From an uncultured bacterium (GTDB taxonomy: Bacteria; Desulfobacterota; Binatia; UBA1149; CAITLU01), in NCBI GenBank assembly GCA_903893315.1, contig CAITLU010000011.1, forward strand, positions 20,157 to 84,156: a DNA stretch of 64,000 nt. The letters run 5' to 3'. The notes below the pieces were generated by a model. That model had not been told where the DNA came from. It was given only the letters and a program-made list of their open reading frames with translations, and did no database searches. This document shows positions 35,670 through 46,540 of the stretch, in pieces (position 1 is the stretch's first letter; every line of letters starts with the position of its first letter). A program made the position numbers and the translations under genes.

Positions 35670-36632
35670 TCAGATTGCGGCCTGACTGGCCGGCAGATCC
35701 TCGGCCACCACGTAAATCGGCTTGCCCTGACTCTCGTGGTAGGTGCGCGCGAGCATTTCCCCGAGCAAACCCATCGTCACGAGTTGCACCCCGGTCACCA
35801 CCAGCAGCGACGCGAGCAGCAGGATCGGCCGGCCCGAAAGCTGCTCACCGAAGAACACTTTCTGAACACCGAGGACCGCCAGAACCACGGCTCCGATCCC
35901 GCCGAGCAGTACGCCCAAGACGCCGAAAACGTGGATCGGCCGCGTCGAATACACCGAGAGAAACTTGACGGTAAGCAGATCCAGAACCACGCGAACCACC
36001 CGCGAGATCCCGTAGTTGGAAGATCCAGCCACCCGCGGCCGGTGATTGACCACCAGTTCTCCGACGCTGGCGCCGAGATCCGAAGCGATGGCCGGGATGA
36101 AGCGGTGCATCTCCCCGTAAAGGCGCAGCCCTCGTGCCACCTCTCCCCGGTAGGCCTTGAGCATGCAGCCATAGTCGTGGACGTGCACCCCGGTTATGGC
36201 GCGGATCATCGCATTGGCGACCAGCGAGGGCAGACGCCGGTTTATGAGGTCGTCCTTGCGATCCTTGCGCCAACCCGAAACGACGTCGTACCCCTCCTCG
36301 ATCTTCGCAATCAGGGCCGGGATGTCGTGAGGATCGTTCTGGCGATCGGAGTCCAGGGTGATGACGATCTCTCCGGTCGAACGGTCCAGACCGGCCGCCA
36401 CCGCCGCGGTCTGGCCGAAATTGCGGCGGAAAAACACCGCGTGCACATGCGGGTCGCAAGCGCGCAAACGCCGCAGTATGTCGCGCGAACCGTCCGCCGA
36501 CCCGTCGTCAACGTAGATGATCTCGTAGCTGCGACCCAGCGCCGTCAGCACTTCGGTCAACTCGGAGTGGAGCGGTTCGAGGTTGGGCGCCTCGTTGTAG
36601 ACCGGCAGCACTACCGAAAGATCCATCGTCAA
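35670..36632 (-). CDS. family 2 glycosyltransferase, polyprenyl-phosphate sugar transferase type (ArnC/GtrB/DPM1-like)
   Basis: 320 aa. LSVVLPVYNEAPNL, VDDGSADGS, LDSDRQNDP (DxD), and two C-terminal TM helices. Confidence 0.85.
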   Translation of the reverse strand: MTMDLSVVLPVYNEAPNLEPLHSELTEVLTALGRSYEIIYVDDGSADGSRDILRRLRACDPHVHAVFFRRNFGQTAAVAAGLDRSTGEIVITLDSDRQNDPHDIPALIAKIEEGYDVVSGWRKDRKDDLINRRLPSLVANAMIRAITGVHVHDYGCMLKAYRGEVARGLRLYGEMHRFIPAIASDLGASVGELVVNHRPRVAGSSNYGISRVVRVVLDLLTVKFLSVYSTRPIHVFGVLGVLLGGIGAVVLAVLGVQKVFFGEQLSGRPILLLASLLVVTGVQLVTMGLLGEMLARTYHESQGKPIYVVAEDLPASQAAI

Positions 36633-36644
36633 GCTCCTGCCTGT

Positions 36645-37565
36645 TCAGCTGTGGAAGTCGGTGATCGCCATGAACTGACGCAAACGCGCGTCGATGTCTT
36701 CGCGAGTCAAGGTCCTGAGCCGTCCGAGCCCGAAGTCCTCGACCGTGAACGAAGCGACGACGGTACCGTAGGCGATGGCCCGACGGATCGTGCGCGCCGT
36801 GACTTCGCCGTCAGCCGCCAGGCTCCCGAAAAGCCCGCCTGCAAATGTATCTCCGGCTCCGGTTGGATCGACGACTTCTTCCAGCGGAAAGGCCGGAACC
36901 GCGAACACCTCGTTCGCCGAGAACAGAAGCGCGCCGTATTCACCGCGCTTGATGATCAGATGCCGCGGGCCCATCTGCAGGATCTTGCGCGCGGCTTTCA
37001 CCACGTTCGTCTCTCCGGCCAGCAAAGTCGCCTCGGTATCGTTGATGGTGAAAAGGTCGACCTGCGAAAGCAGCCCGCGCAGTTCGACCGGAGCTTCGCG
37101 AATCCAGTGTTCTATCGTATCGGCGCCGACATACTCGGGCGCGTCCAGTTGAGACAGGACGTTGGCCTGCAACGAAGGCTGGATCGTGGCCAGGAACACC
37201 AACTCACTGCTGCGGTAGGACTCGGGCAGTTTAGGAACGAAGTGCTCGAACACGTTCAGGCGCAGATCGAGCGTGTCGCGCATGTTCATGTTCTCATGGT
37301 AGCGGCCGTGCCAGCGAAAAGTTTCTCCGTCGGCTTCCGTCAGGCCTTCGAGGTTGATTCCACAGTCCCCCAGAAAGCGCCGCTCGGCTTCCGGAAAGTC
37401 CCTTCCCACCACCCCGACCAGATTGACCGGCGCGAAGAAGCTCGCCGCAACCGCGAAGTAACTGCACGCTCCACCGAGCACGTTCATCGCGCTGCCCGTA
37501 GGAGTCTCGACCGAGTCGATCGCGACCGACCCCACCACACAAACAGATTTCGCCAGCGTTTCCAT
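36645..37565 (-). CDS. PfkB-family carbohydrate/nucleoside kinase
   Basis: METLAKSVCVVGSVAIDSV..., and the C-terminal PfkB signature VVDPTGAGDTFAGG. ATG 37565. The longer ORF would overlap the MTA phosphorylase gene. Confidence 0.8.
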   Translation of the reverse strand: METLAKSVCVVGSVAIDSVETPTGSAMNVLGGACSYFAVAASFFAPVNLVGVVGRDFPEAERRFLGDCGINLEGLTEADGETFRWHGRYHENMNMRDTLDLRLNVFEHFVPKLPESYRSSELVFLATIQPSLQANVLSQLDAPEYVGADTIEHWIREAPVELRGLLSQVDLFTINDTEATLLAGETNVVKAARKILQMGPRHLIIKRGEYGALLFSANEVFAVPAFPLEEVVDPTGAGDTFAGGLFGSLAADGEVTARTIRRAIAYGTVVASFTVEDFGLGRLRTLTREDIDARLRQFMAITDFHS

Positions 37566-37618
37566 CCTCAGTACCCCTTCTCGTTTCGTTAGTTCAGCCG
37601 CGCGCCGGGCCGCGATCT

Positions 37619-38551
37619 CTATAGTCCCAGACGCCCGACGATGAGTGCAAGCCGGTCGCGTGTACGCTGCGGTATCGCGTCCGGCGCAGTGATCACCGCG
37701 TGGTCGAGCGAGCGCCGGCACTGACAATCGCGCTGCTCGCCCACGCTCCCGGCCATCAGCGCCACCGTCTTGGCGGCAAGCTCAGCATTGGCGGCGAGCA
37801 CTGCCAGCACCTTCTCTATTTCGACCGCCTCCTCGCCTTCGCGCCAGCAGTCATAATCGGTAGCCAGCGCCATCGTCGCAAAACAGATCTCGGCTTCCCT
37901 CGCGAGCTTGGCTTCCTGCAGGCTCGTCATCCCGATGATGTCGGCACCCCAGCTCCGGTACAGGTGCGATTCGGCACGGGTCGAGAACTGCGGGCCCTCC
38001 ATGCAGACGTAGGTTCCGCCCTCGTGGACTGTAGCGCCGACACCGCGCGCGGCGGCTGCCAGCGAGGCCGACAGCGGCGCGCAGAACGGATCGGCAAAGC
38101 CGACGTGAGCGACGATGCCGTCACCGAAAAACGTCGAGGCCCGTCCGCTGGTGCGATCGATGAGCTGATCCGGAATCACTATGTGACCCGGCTCGATCTC
38201 TTCTCTGAGACTGCCCACTGCCGACACCGAAAGGATGGTGTCGACGCCGAGCTTCTTGAAGCCCCACAGGTTGGCCCTAAAGTTGAGTTCCGAAGGCAGG
38301 ATGCGATGGCCGATGCCGTGGCGCGGCAGAAAGGCCACGCGACGGCCGCCGACAGATCCGACCACGAACGCGTCGGAAGGATCGCCGAACGGCGTTTCCA
38401 TTCTCACCTGCGTTGCACCAACGAGCCCCTGCATTCGATACAGGCCGCTGCCTCCGATCACTCCCAACATCGCCGCGCCGCTGTCGCCCGCTCTTGCCGT
38501 ATCTTCCATCAACTCGATGCTCCCGATCCTGCTCTCAGCGACGTCCTTCAA
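37619..38551 (-). CDS. mtnP: S-methyl-5'-thioadenosine phosphorylase
   Basis: MLGVIGGSGLY and FLPRHGIGHRILPSELNFRANLWGFKKLGV (PNP family 2). ATG 38551 makes an ATGA overlap with the upstream gene. An internal start about 27 codons later is possible. Confidence 0.85.
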   Translation of the reverse strand: MKDVAESRIGSIELMEDTARAGDSGAAMLGVIGGSGLYRMQGLVGATQVRMETPFGDPSDAFVVGSVGGRRVAFLPRHGIGHRILPSELNFRANLWGFKKLGVDTILSVSAVGSLREEIEPGHIVIPDQLIDRTSGRASTFFGDGIVAHVGFADPFCAPLSASLAAAARGVGATVHEGGTYVCMEGPQFSTRAESHLYRSWGADIIGMTSLQEAKLAREAEICFATMALATDYDCWREGEEAVEIEKVLAVLAANAELAAKTVALMAGSVGEQRDCQCRRSLDHAVITAPDAIPQRTRDRLALIVGRLGL

Positions 38552-39489
38552 ACGCTCTCGCCCTTGAGGAAGCGTACCGTCGGTCCAGACTCCAATTCCA
38601 GAACCGACACCGGATCGAACAACTCACCGTCGATCGTGTACGACTGCGGCGAAGCGAACTCGACCCGGAAACGCTGAGCCATGTTGTCATACAGGGAGTC
38701 GAGAGTAGCCGGAAATCCACGCCAGAAGCGCGGCACGCGCCCGAGCAGCTGGCCGGGCGTAGCTGGACCCGCCAGCACGTGGAAATAGCCGCGCTTGCGC
38801 CCGCTCAGATAGAACGGCGTGACCCCGAGCCCGATATGGGAAACAGAGCTGGCCAGTACGATCGTGAACGCGTCGAAAGGAAGCACTTCGCCGTCGCATT
38901 GCGCACGCGCAGCCAGGCGCGGCACCACCGCGTCGATCAACTTGCCTCCCGCGAGCCAGGAGATACCGCAACGTACCAAAAGTCCCGCAGCGCTGACCGG
39001 ACCGGGATTCCTGCCCCGATAGTAGTGTTCGAGAAACCCGGTGATGAGGCCGGCGCCGACGACGTTTCCGTACAGCGAACCGTTGACGCGGATCAGCGGG
39101 CGATCGACGCTCGCGAACGGCCGCCCTCCCGTGTACGCGGCGACGATTCCTTGCAGCATCGCGTCGGGCCTCGCCGGTCCGCCCACGGTGCGCGCGATGT
39201 TGTTGATGGTACCGCCGCGCAGAGCCACGAAATCTGGCAAGCGCCACTCGCCCCAGATCTGCACCACGCGCGACACCGCGTGGCACATTGACCCGTCCCC
39301 GCCGCAGACCGCCACCAGATCGAATCCGCGATCGTGGAAACGTCGCAGCGCCACTTCGAGTTCGGCAAGATCGGCGGTGACGACGACCTCGCCGTTGTCA
39401 GCGACGATTTCCCTGAAGCGATCTACCTCGCGACCAGCACCCCGGTTGCCGGCGGCGTTCGGGTTGAGAACGACGCCGATTCCGCCCAT
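38548..39489 (-). CDS. diacylglycerol-kinase-family lipid kinase (YegS/BmrU-like)
   Basis: 313 aa. GVVLNPNAAGNRG and the nucleotide-binding VAVCGGDGS. One-nt TGATG junction with rlmN. Confidence 0.75.
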   Translation of the reverse strand: MGGIGVVLNPNAAGNRGAGREVDRFREIVADNGEVVVTADLAELEVALRRFHDRGFDLVAVCGGDGSMCHAVSRVVQIWGEWRLPDFVALRGGTINNIARTVGGPARPDAMLQGIVAAYTGGRPFASVDRPLIRVNGSLYGNVVGAGLITGFLEHYYRGRNPGPVSAAGLLVRCGISWLAGGKLIDAVVPRLAARAQCDGEVLPFDAFTIVLASSVSHIGLGVTPFYLSGRKRGYFHVLAGPATPGQLLGRVPRFWRGFPATLDSLYDNMAQRFRVEFASPQSYTIDGELFDPVSVLELESGPTVRFLKGESV

Positions 39490-40607
39490 CAGCTGCCGGC
39501 CTGGACAGGAGAGGAAGAACCGGGCTCTTCCTCACTGCCGTGCTCAGACTTAGCCTGCGCATGCGTTACCGCAGCGAGCTGCCCGCAGGCGGCTTCGATA
39601 TCGCTGCCGCGACTGATCCGCACCGTGGTGTGAATGCCGTGTCTCAGCAACCCCTCCTGGAAGGCGTTGACCGTCGCATCCCCCGGCCTGCGATAGCCCG
39701 AGTCCGGAAATTCGTTGAATGCAATCAGGTTCACCTTGACCGCCAGACCGCGCAGCAGCGCGGCAATCGCATCGGCGTCGGCAACCGAATCGTTGATGCC
39801 GGCCAGCAGCGTGACTTCAAAGGTGATGCGTTTGCGCCGCGGCAACGGCAGCCCCCGGCACGCGCCGATCAGTGCCGCCAGCGGATAACGCCTGTTTACC
39901 GGTATCAGCACATCGCGCACTTCATCGCGCGCCGACCCCAGTGAAATCGCCACGTGCACGTCGGTGTCGGCAACCAGCCGTTCCAGTTGCGGCACCAGCC
40001 CGGCGGTGGAAACTGTGATCCGACGCGGCGAGATGCCCAGACCCCAACGTGCCGTCAGGATCTCGATCGCCCTCACCACACGCTCGTAGTTCGCCAGTGG
40101 TTCGCCCATGCCCATGAACACGTAGTTGGTGAGCAACTCGGGGCGCGCAACTTCGCGTGCCAGCATAACTTGATGAACGATCTCGAAAGGCTCGAGATTG
40201 CGCGCCAGACCGAGCCGGGCGGTGGCGCAGAACGAGCAGTTAAGCGCACACCCGACCTGCGAAGAAATGCACAGTGTAATGCGCTGCTCGCGCGGAATCA
40301 GCACGGTCTCGACGACGTGCCCGTCGGCGAGTCCCACCAGCAGCTTCCTGGTCCCGTCGACAGATTCGCGCCGCAGCGCCTGACACGGCAACGAAGTGTC
40401 GAAGTCCTCTTCGAGCGCGGCACGCACCTGCACGGGCAGGGTGTGCATGTCGGCGACTTCCATCGGCGGCCGGTTATAGAGCCAGCCCGCGATCTGAGAA
40501 GCGCGATACGGAGTGAATCCGCGCGCCTCGCCCCACACACCGAACTCTTCGAGAGTTACGGAGCGCACGTTCTGGCGCCGCGCCTTCGTCGCCTGCCTCT
40601 GCGTCAT
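39489..40607 (-). CDS. rlmN: 23S rRNA (adenine2503-C2)-methyltransferase RlmN
   Basis: Radical-SAM motif GCALNCSFCAT, MGMGEPLAN, and a C-terminal catalytic Cys (GSDIEAACGQL). ATG 40607. The Arg/Ser-rich 91-codon upstream extension is rejected. Confidence 0.9.
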   Translation of the reverse strand: MTQRQATKARRQNVRSVTLEEFGVWGEARGFTPYRASQIAGWLYNRPPMEVADMHTLPVQVRAALEEDFDTSLPCQALRRESVDGTRKLLVGLADGHVVETVLIPREQRITLCISSQVGCALNCSFCATARLGLARNLEPFEIVHQVMLAREVARPELLTNYVFMGMGEPLANYERVVRAIEILTARWGLGISPRRITVSTAGLVPQLERLVADTDVHVAISLGSARDEVRDVLIPVNRRYPLAALIGACRGLPLPRRKRITFEVTLLAGINDSVADADAIAALLRGLAVKVNLIAFNEFPDSGYRRPGDATVNAFQEGLLRHGIHTTVRISRGSDIEAACGQLAAVTHAQAKSEHGSEEEPGSSSPVQAGS

Positions 40608-40701
40608 GCGCGACGAATCTTCGAGCGGCGGCCCCTCGCATCCGGCACGACTCGGTCCGCCCTCCTCACGCCCCACCGCGGCCGCATGCAGCGGCCACGC
40701 A

Positions 40702-41124
40702 TCAGCGCTTGTGGAGTTCGAGTCCGTTGAAGAAATAGCCGATCTCAAAGAGTGCGGTCTCCGGACCGTCCGACCCGTGCGCCGCGTTGCGCTCGATGTT
40801 GGTGCCGTAGAGTTTGCGAACCGTGCCGTCGCCGGCCTTGGCCGGATCGGTGCCACCGAGCAGATCACGGTGCCGCGCAATGGCCCCCTCGCCCTCGAGC
40901 ACCGAAACGACGACCGGCCCCTCCGACATGAAGTCGCACAAGGTCCCGAAGAACGGCCGCTCGCGATGGACCGCGTAGAAGCCTTCGGCCTGGTCCCTGG
41001 TCAGTCGGATCATCTTGCTGGCGACGATCTTGAGACCGCCCTTTTCGAACAGTGAGAGAACGCCGCCGACGGCATTCTTGGCCACGGCATCTGGCTTGAC
41101 GATGGAGAGGGTTCTTTCGGTCAT
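40702..41124 (-). CDS. ndk: nucleoside-diphosphate kinase
   Basis: 140 aa. [14 protein letters not shown] and active-site His in NAAHGSDG. Confidence 0.95.
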   Translation of the reverse strand: MTERTLSIVKPDAVAKNAVGGVLSLFEKGGLKIVASKMIRLTRDQAEGFYAVHRERPFFGTLCDFMSEGPVVVSVLEGEGAIARHRDLLGGTDPAKAGDGTVRKLYGTNIERNAAHGSDGPETALFEIGYFFNGLELHKR

Positions 41125-41160
41125 GGTATAGCTTCTTCCTTGGAGTTTCGTGGGCGCGTA

Positions 41161-42030
41161 TCAGCCCTTCATCGCCGCAACGAGAGTGCTGCCGATGTCG
41201 GCCGGGCTCGGCGCGACTTTGAGTCCCGCCGCTTCGAGAGCCGCGATCTTCTCCGCCGCCGTACCCTTGCCGCCCGAAATGATCGCACCGGCGTGGCCCA
41301 TGCGCTTGCCAGCCGGAGCCGTCTTGCCGGCGATGAACGCCGCGACCGGCTTCTTCATGTTGGCTTTGATCCACGCCGCCGCGTCGACTTCGGCCGCGCC
41401 GCCGATCTCACCGAGCATGAACACACCGTCCGTGTCGGGATCGTCATTGAACAAGCGCAGCAGGTCGATGAAGCCGCTCCCGATGATGGGATCGCCGCCG
41501 ATGCCGATGCACGTCGACTGGCCGATGCCGAGCTGAGTGAGCTGATGCACGCACTCGTAGGTCAGAGTGCCGCTCTTGGAGATGACGCCTATGCGCCCGG
41601 GCTTGTGGATGTAGCCCGGCATGATGCCGACCTTGGCCTGTCCAGGCGTGATGATGCCGGGACAGTTCGGACCGATCAGACGGCTGGGCTTGCCCTCGAG
41701 GTAGCGCTGCACCTTGACCATGTCGGCCGCGGGAATGCCCTCGGTGATGCACACGATCAACGCGATGCCGGCCTCGGCCGCTTCCATGATGGCGTCGGCT
41801 GCGCCGGGAGGCGGCACGTAGATGACCGAGACATCGACGCCCTGATGTTTGACCGCATCCGCTACGGTGTCGTAGATCGGCGTGTCTTCCCACGAAGTGC
41901 CGCCCTTGCCGGGACGCACGGCCGCGACCATCTGCGTGCCGTAGTCGCGGCACCCCTTGAGGTGGAACTTGCCGGTGGCTCCGAGGCCTTGGGTGACAAC
42001 CCGGCTCTTGGACGAAAGAAGTATCGACAT
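41161..42030 (-). CDS. sucD: succinyl-CoA synthetase alpha subunit
   Basis: [23 protein letters not shown] and phospho-His in [18 protein letters not shown] 42030 is preceded by GAGGAGA. Confidence 0.95.
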   Translation of the reverse strand: MSILLSSKSRVVTQGLGATGKFHLKGCRDYGTQMVAAVRPGKGGTSWEDTPIYDTVADAVKHQGVDVSVIYVPPPGAADAIMEAAEAGIALIVCITEGIPAADMVKVQRYLEGKPSRLIGPNCPGIITPGQAKVGIMPGYIHKPGRIGVISKSGTLTYECVHQLTQLGIGQSTCIGIGGDPIIGSGFIDLLRLFNDDPDTDGVFMLGEIGGAAEVDAAAWIKANMKKPVAAFIAGKTAPAGKRMGHAGAIISGGKGTAAEKIAALEAAGLKVAPSPADIGSTLVAAMKG

Positions 42031-42047
42031 CGCTGTCTCCTCTACGC

Positions 42048-43301
<1,254 letters not shown>

Positions 43302-43326
43302 CTGTCCTCCTCAATCAGTTGACCCG

Positions 43327-43364
43327 AAAAAGTGCATCCGCCGCGACCGACGCGCCGGATGCAC
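43327..43364 (-). terminator. intrinsic terminator between mdh and sucC
   Basis: Minus-strand RNA GUGCAUCCGGCGCG-UCGGU-CGCGGCGGAUGCAC (13 bp with one mismatch), followed by UUUUU. It lies 70 nt after the mdh stop and about 25 nt before the sucC ATG. Confidence 0.7.
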
Positions 43365-43434
43365 ATTCTCGAAGAGACCGAACAAACCGGATCTTTCAAC
43401 GGAGCGTCCGACCTGATGCCCTACCCGGGCATTC

Positions 43435-44459
<1,025 letters not shown>

Positions 44460-44519
44460 AAGACGCCGACGCGTAAGCTCGCGATGCTGCGGAGAGTTGT
44501 GCGGCTCTTGCGCGGACTC

Positions 44520-44571
44520 GCCGCAGCGCTGCGTGGAGGCCGACGGCGTCCCTCCACGGCAGCGCTGCGGC
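44520..44571. repeat. long near-perfect inverted repeat (20-bp arms) immediately downstream of kup
   Basis: GCCGCAGCGCTGCGTGGAGG (44520-44539), an 11-nt loop, then CCTCCACGGCAGCGCTGCGGC (44551-44571). There is one bulged G and no U-tract. Confidence 0.7.
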
Positions 44572-44576
44572 CGATG

Positions 44577-46496
44577 TCAGATCTCGACTTGCTGTCCGAT
44601 CTCAATCACGCGGTTGGGCGGCACGCCCATGTGCAGGTAGGCACCGTAGGCGTTGCGGAACAGGAAATCGTAGAGATACTTGCGCCAGGTAGCCAGCCCC
44701 GCCTTGCGACCAATCACCAGGGTCTCGCGTCCGAAGAAGAACGTGGCCTGCATCGGGTCGATGTCCACATCGCGACTCTTCAGAAGCTCCAGCACCTCCG
44801 AGACACTCGGAGTCTCCATGAAACCGTAGCGCGCCACTGCCCTGAGGAAGTCCGGACGGTAGAACTGGACGCGCACCCTCTCCTCGGCACTGACGTGGGG
44901 AACTTCGGCCGTGCGCAGCGTGAGCAGTAGGATGCGCTCGTGCAGGACCTTGTTGTGCTTGATGTTGTGCAGCAAGGTGCGCGGCACCCCGACTCCGCGT
45001 GCATCCATCACAATCGCGGTGCCGGACACCCGCGTCATCGGATGGGCGTCGAGATCGGCGAGGAAATACTCCACCGGAAGCCGCGCATCTTTGGCGTAGC
45101 CGTCGAGCAGATCGGCGCCGCGGCGCCACGTATCCATCACCGCATAGATCAGCACGGCGACGATCAGAGGCAGCCAGCCGCCGTCGATGATCTTGGTGGC
45201 GGCCGCCCCGAAGAAGGACATGTCCACCACCATGAACCCGGCCCCCACGGCCAGCGCAAGCGGCTTCGACCAGCCCCAGCGGCGCCGCGCGCACACCGCG
45301 GCAAGCCCGGTGGTCACCACCATCGTCAAAGAGACCGCGATGCCGTAGGCCCCGGCCAGAGCCGCCGAAGTGCCGAAGCCGACCACCAGCGCCAGCGTGG
45401 CCACCAGCAGCAGCCAGTTGACCACCGGAACGTAGACCTGGCCGATCTGGTGGGCCGACGAGTGCTGCACTTCCATACGCGGCGAGTACCCGAGCTGCAG
45501 CGCCTGTCTGGACAATGAGAACGCGCCCGAAATCACCGCCTGTGACGCGATGACGGTGGCCGCGGTGGCAAGAATGACCAAAGGGTAGAGCGCCCACGGC
45601 GGCGCCATTTTGAAGAAGGGATTGCTCACCGACTCGGGCTGCGAAATCAGCAGCGCGCCCTGTCCGAAATAGTTGAGAATGAGGCACGGGAACACCATCA
45701 CCAGCCACGCCAGGCGAATCGGCTTGCGCCCGAAGTGTCCCATGTCGGCGTAGAGAGCCTCGGCGCCGGTCACCACCAGCAGCACCGAACCCAGAACGAG
45801 GAACCCGTCGAGGCCGTTGGCCACGAAGAAGCGTACCCCCAGCCACGGATTCAGCGCCCCGATCACCTGCGGCCAGCGCACGATCCAGACCACACCCATA
45901 GCCGCAAGCACCGCGAACCACACCACCATTATCGGACCGAATACGGCGCCGACCGCGGCGGTTCCGCGCCGTTGCACCGAGAACAGGCCGATCAATATCA
46001 ACACCGCGATCGGAACGATGTAGGGACGAAAGAACGGCGTGGCCACTTCGAGACCTTCCACGGCGCTGAGCACCGAGATGGCCGGCGTGATCATTCCGTC
46101 TCCGTACAGCAGGGTCGCGCCGAACACGCCGCCGATGACGAGAGCGAGGTTGCGACGTTCAGAGCGCCTGTCGGGCGGCACCACCAGCGTCAGAAGCGCC
46201 AGAATCCCGCCTTCGCCGCGGTTGTCGGCTCGCATCACGAAGAACAGGTATTTGACGGTGACGACGATTATCAACGACCACACGACCACCGACAGCAGTC
46301 CCAGAACGTTGGCTTCGTTGACCACCATCCCGTGGTGCCCGAAGCACTCACGGATCGAATACAGAGGACTCGTTCCGATGTCGCCGAACACCACGCCCAG
46401 AGCACCGAGCGAAAGAGCAGCGAGCCGTTGTTGTTTAGATGTCCGCGGCGACCCCGTATCGACGGACGAACTTTCCGGATTCTCCGGCTTCTCCAA
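44577..46496 (-). CDS. kup: KUP/HAK/KT potassium uptake protein
   Basis: 639 aa. GALGVVFGDIGTSPLY, about 12 TM segments, and a cytoplasmic C-terminal domain. Confidence 0.9.
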   Translation of the reverse strand: MEKPENPESSSVDTGSPRTSKQQRLAALSLGALGVVFGDIGTSPLYSIRECFGHHGMVVNEANVLGLLSVVVWSLIIVVTVKYLFFVMRADNRGEGGILALLTLVVPPDRRSERRNLALVIGGVFGATLLYGDGMITPAISVLSAVEGLEVATPFFRPYIVPIAVLILIGLFSVQRRGTAAVGAVFGPIMVVWFAVLAAMGVVWIVRWPQVIGALNPWLGVRFFVANGLDGFLVLGSVLLVVTGAEALYADMGHFGRKPIRLAWLVMVFPCLILNYFGQGALLISQPESVSNPFFKMAPPWALYPLVILATAATVIASQAVISGAFSLSRQALQLGYSPRMEVQHSSAHQIGQVYVPVVNWLLLVATLALVVGFGTSAALAGAYGIAVSLTMVVTTGLAAVCARRRWGWSKPLALAVGAGFMVVDMSFFGAAATKIIDGGWLPLIVAVLIYAVMDTWRRGADLLDGYAKDARLPVEYFLADLDAHPMTRVSGTAIVMDARGVGVPRTLLHNIKHNKVLHERILLLTLRTAEVPHVSAEERVRVQFYRPDFLRAVARYGFMETPSVSEVLELLKSRDVDIDPMQATFFFGRETLVIGRKAGLATWRKYLYDFLFRNAYGAYLHMGVPPNRVIEIGQQVEI

Positions 46497-46540
46497 ATGT
46501 CTCCCCTCCGCCGGGGTCCCCGTCCGACGCTACACCGGCA

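Noticed and set aside
40608-40880. Long Arg/Ser/Pro-rich N-terminal extensions in the ORF track for RlmN. The same occurs for BirA (50467-50721), SucD (42031-42246), the PfkB kinase (37566-37727), HflK (19891-20031), GlpX (11487-11597), CarA (26577-26642) and PyrR (29492-29608).
   Set aside because: The extensions overlap the 3' ends of upstream genes or known RNA structures, and lack similarity to the family N-termini. Internal starts give canonical protein lengths, often with a good SD sequence or an ATGA/GTGA coupling junction.
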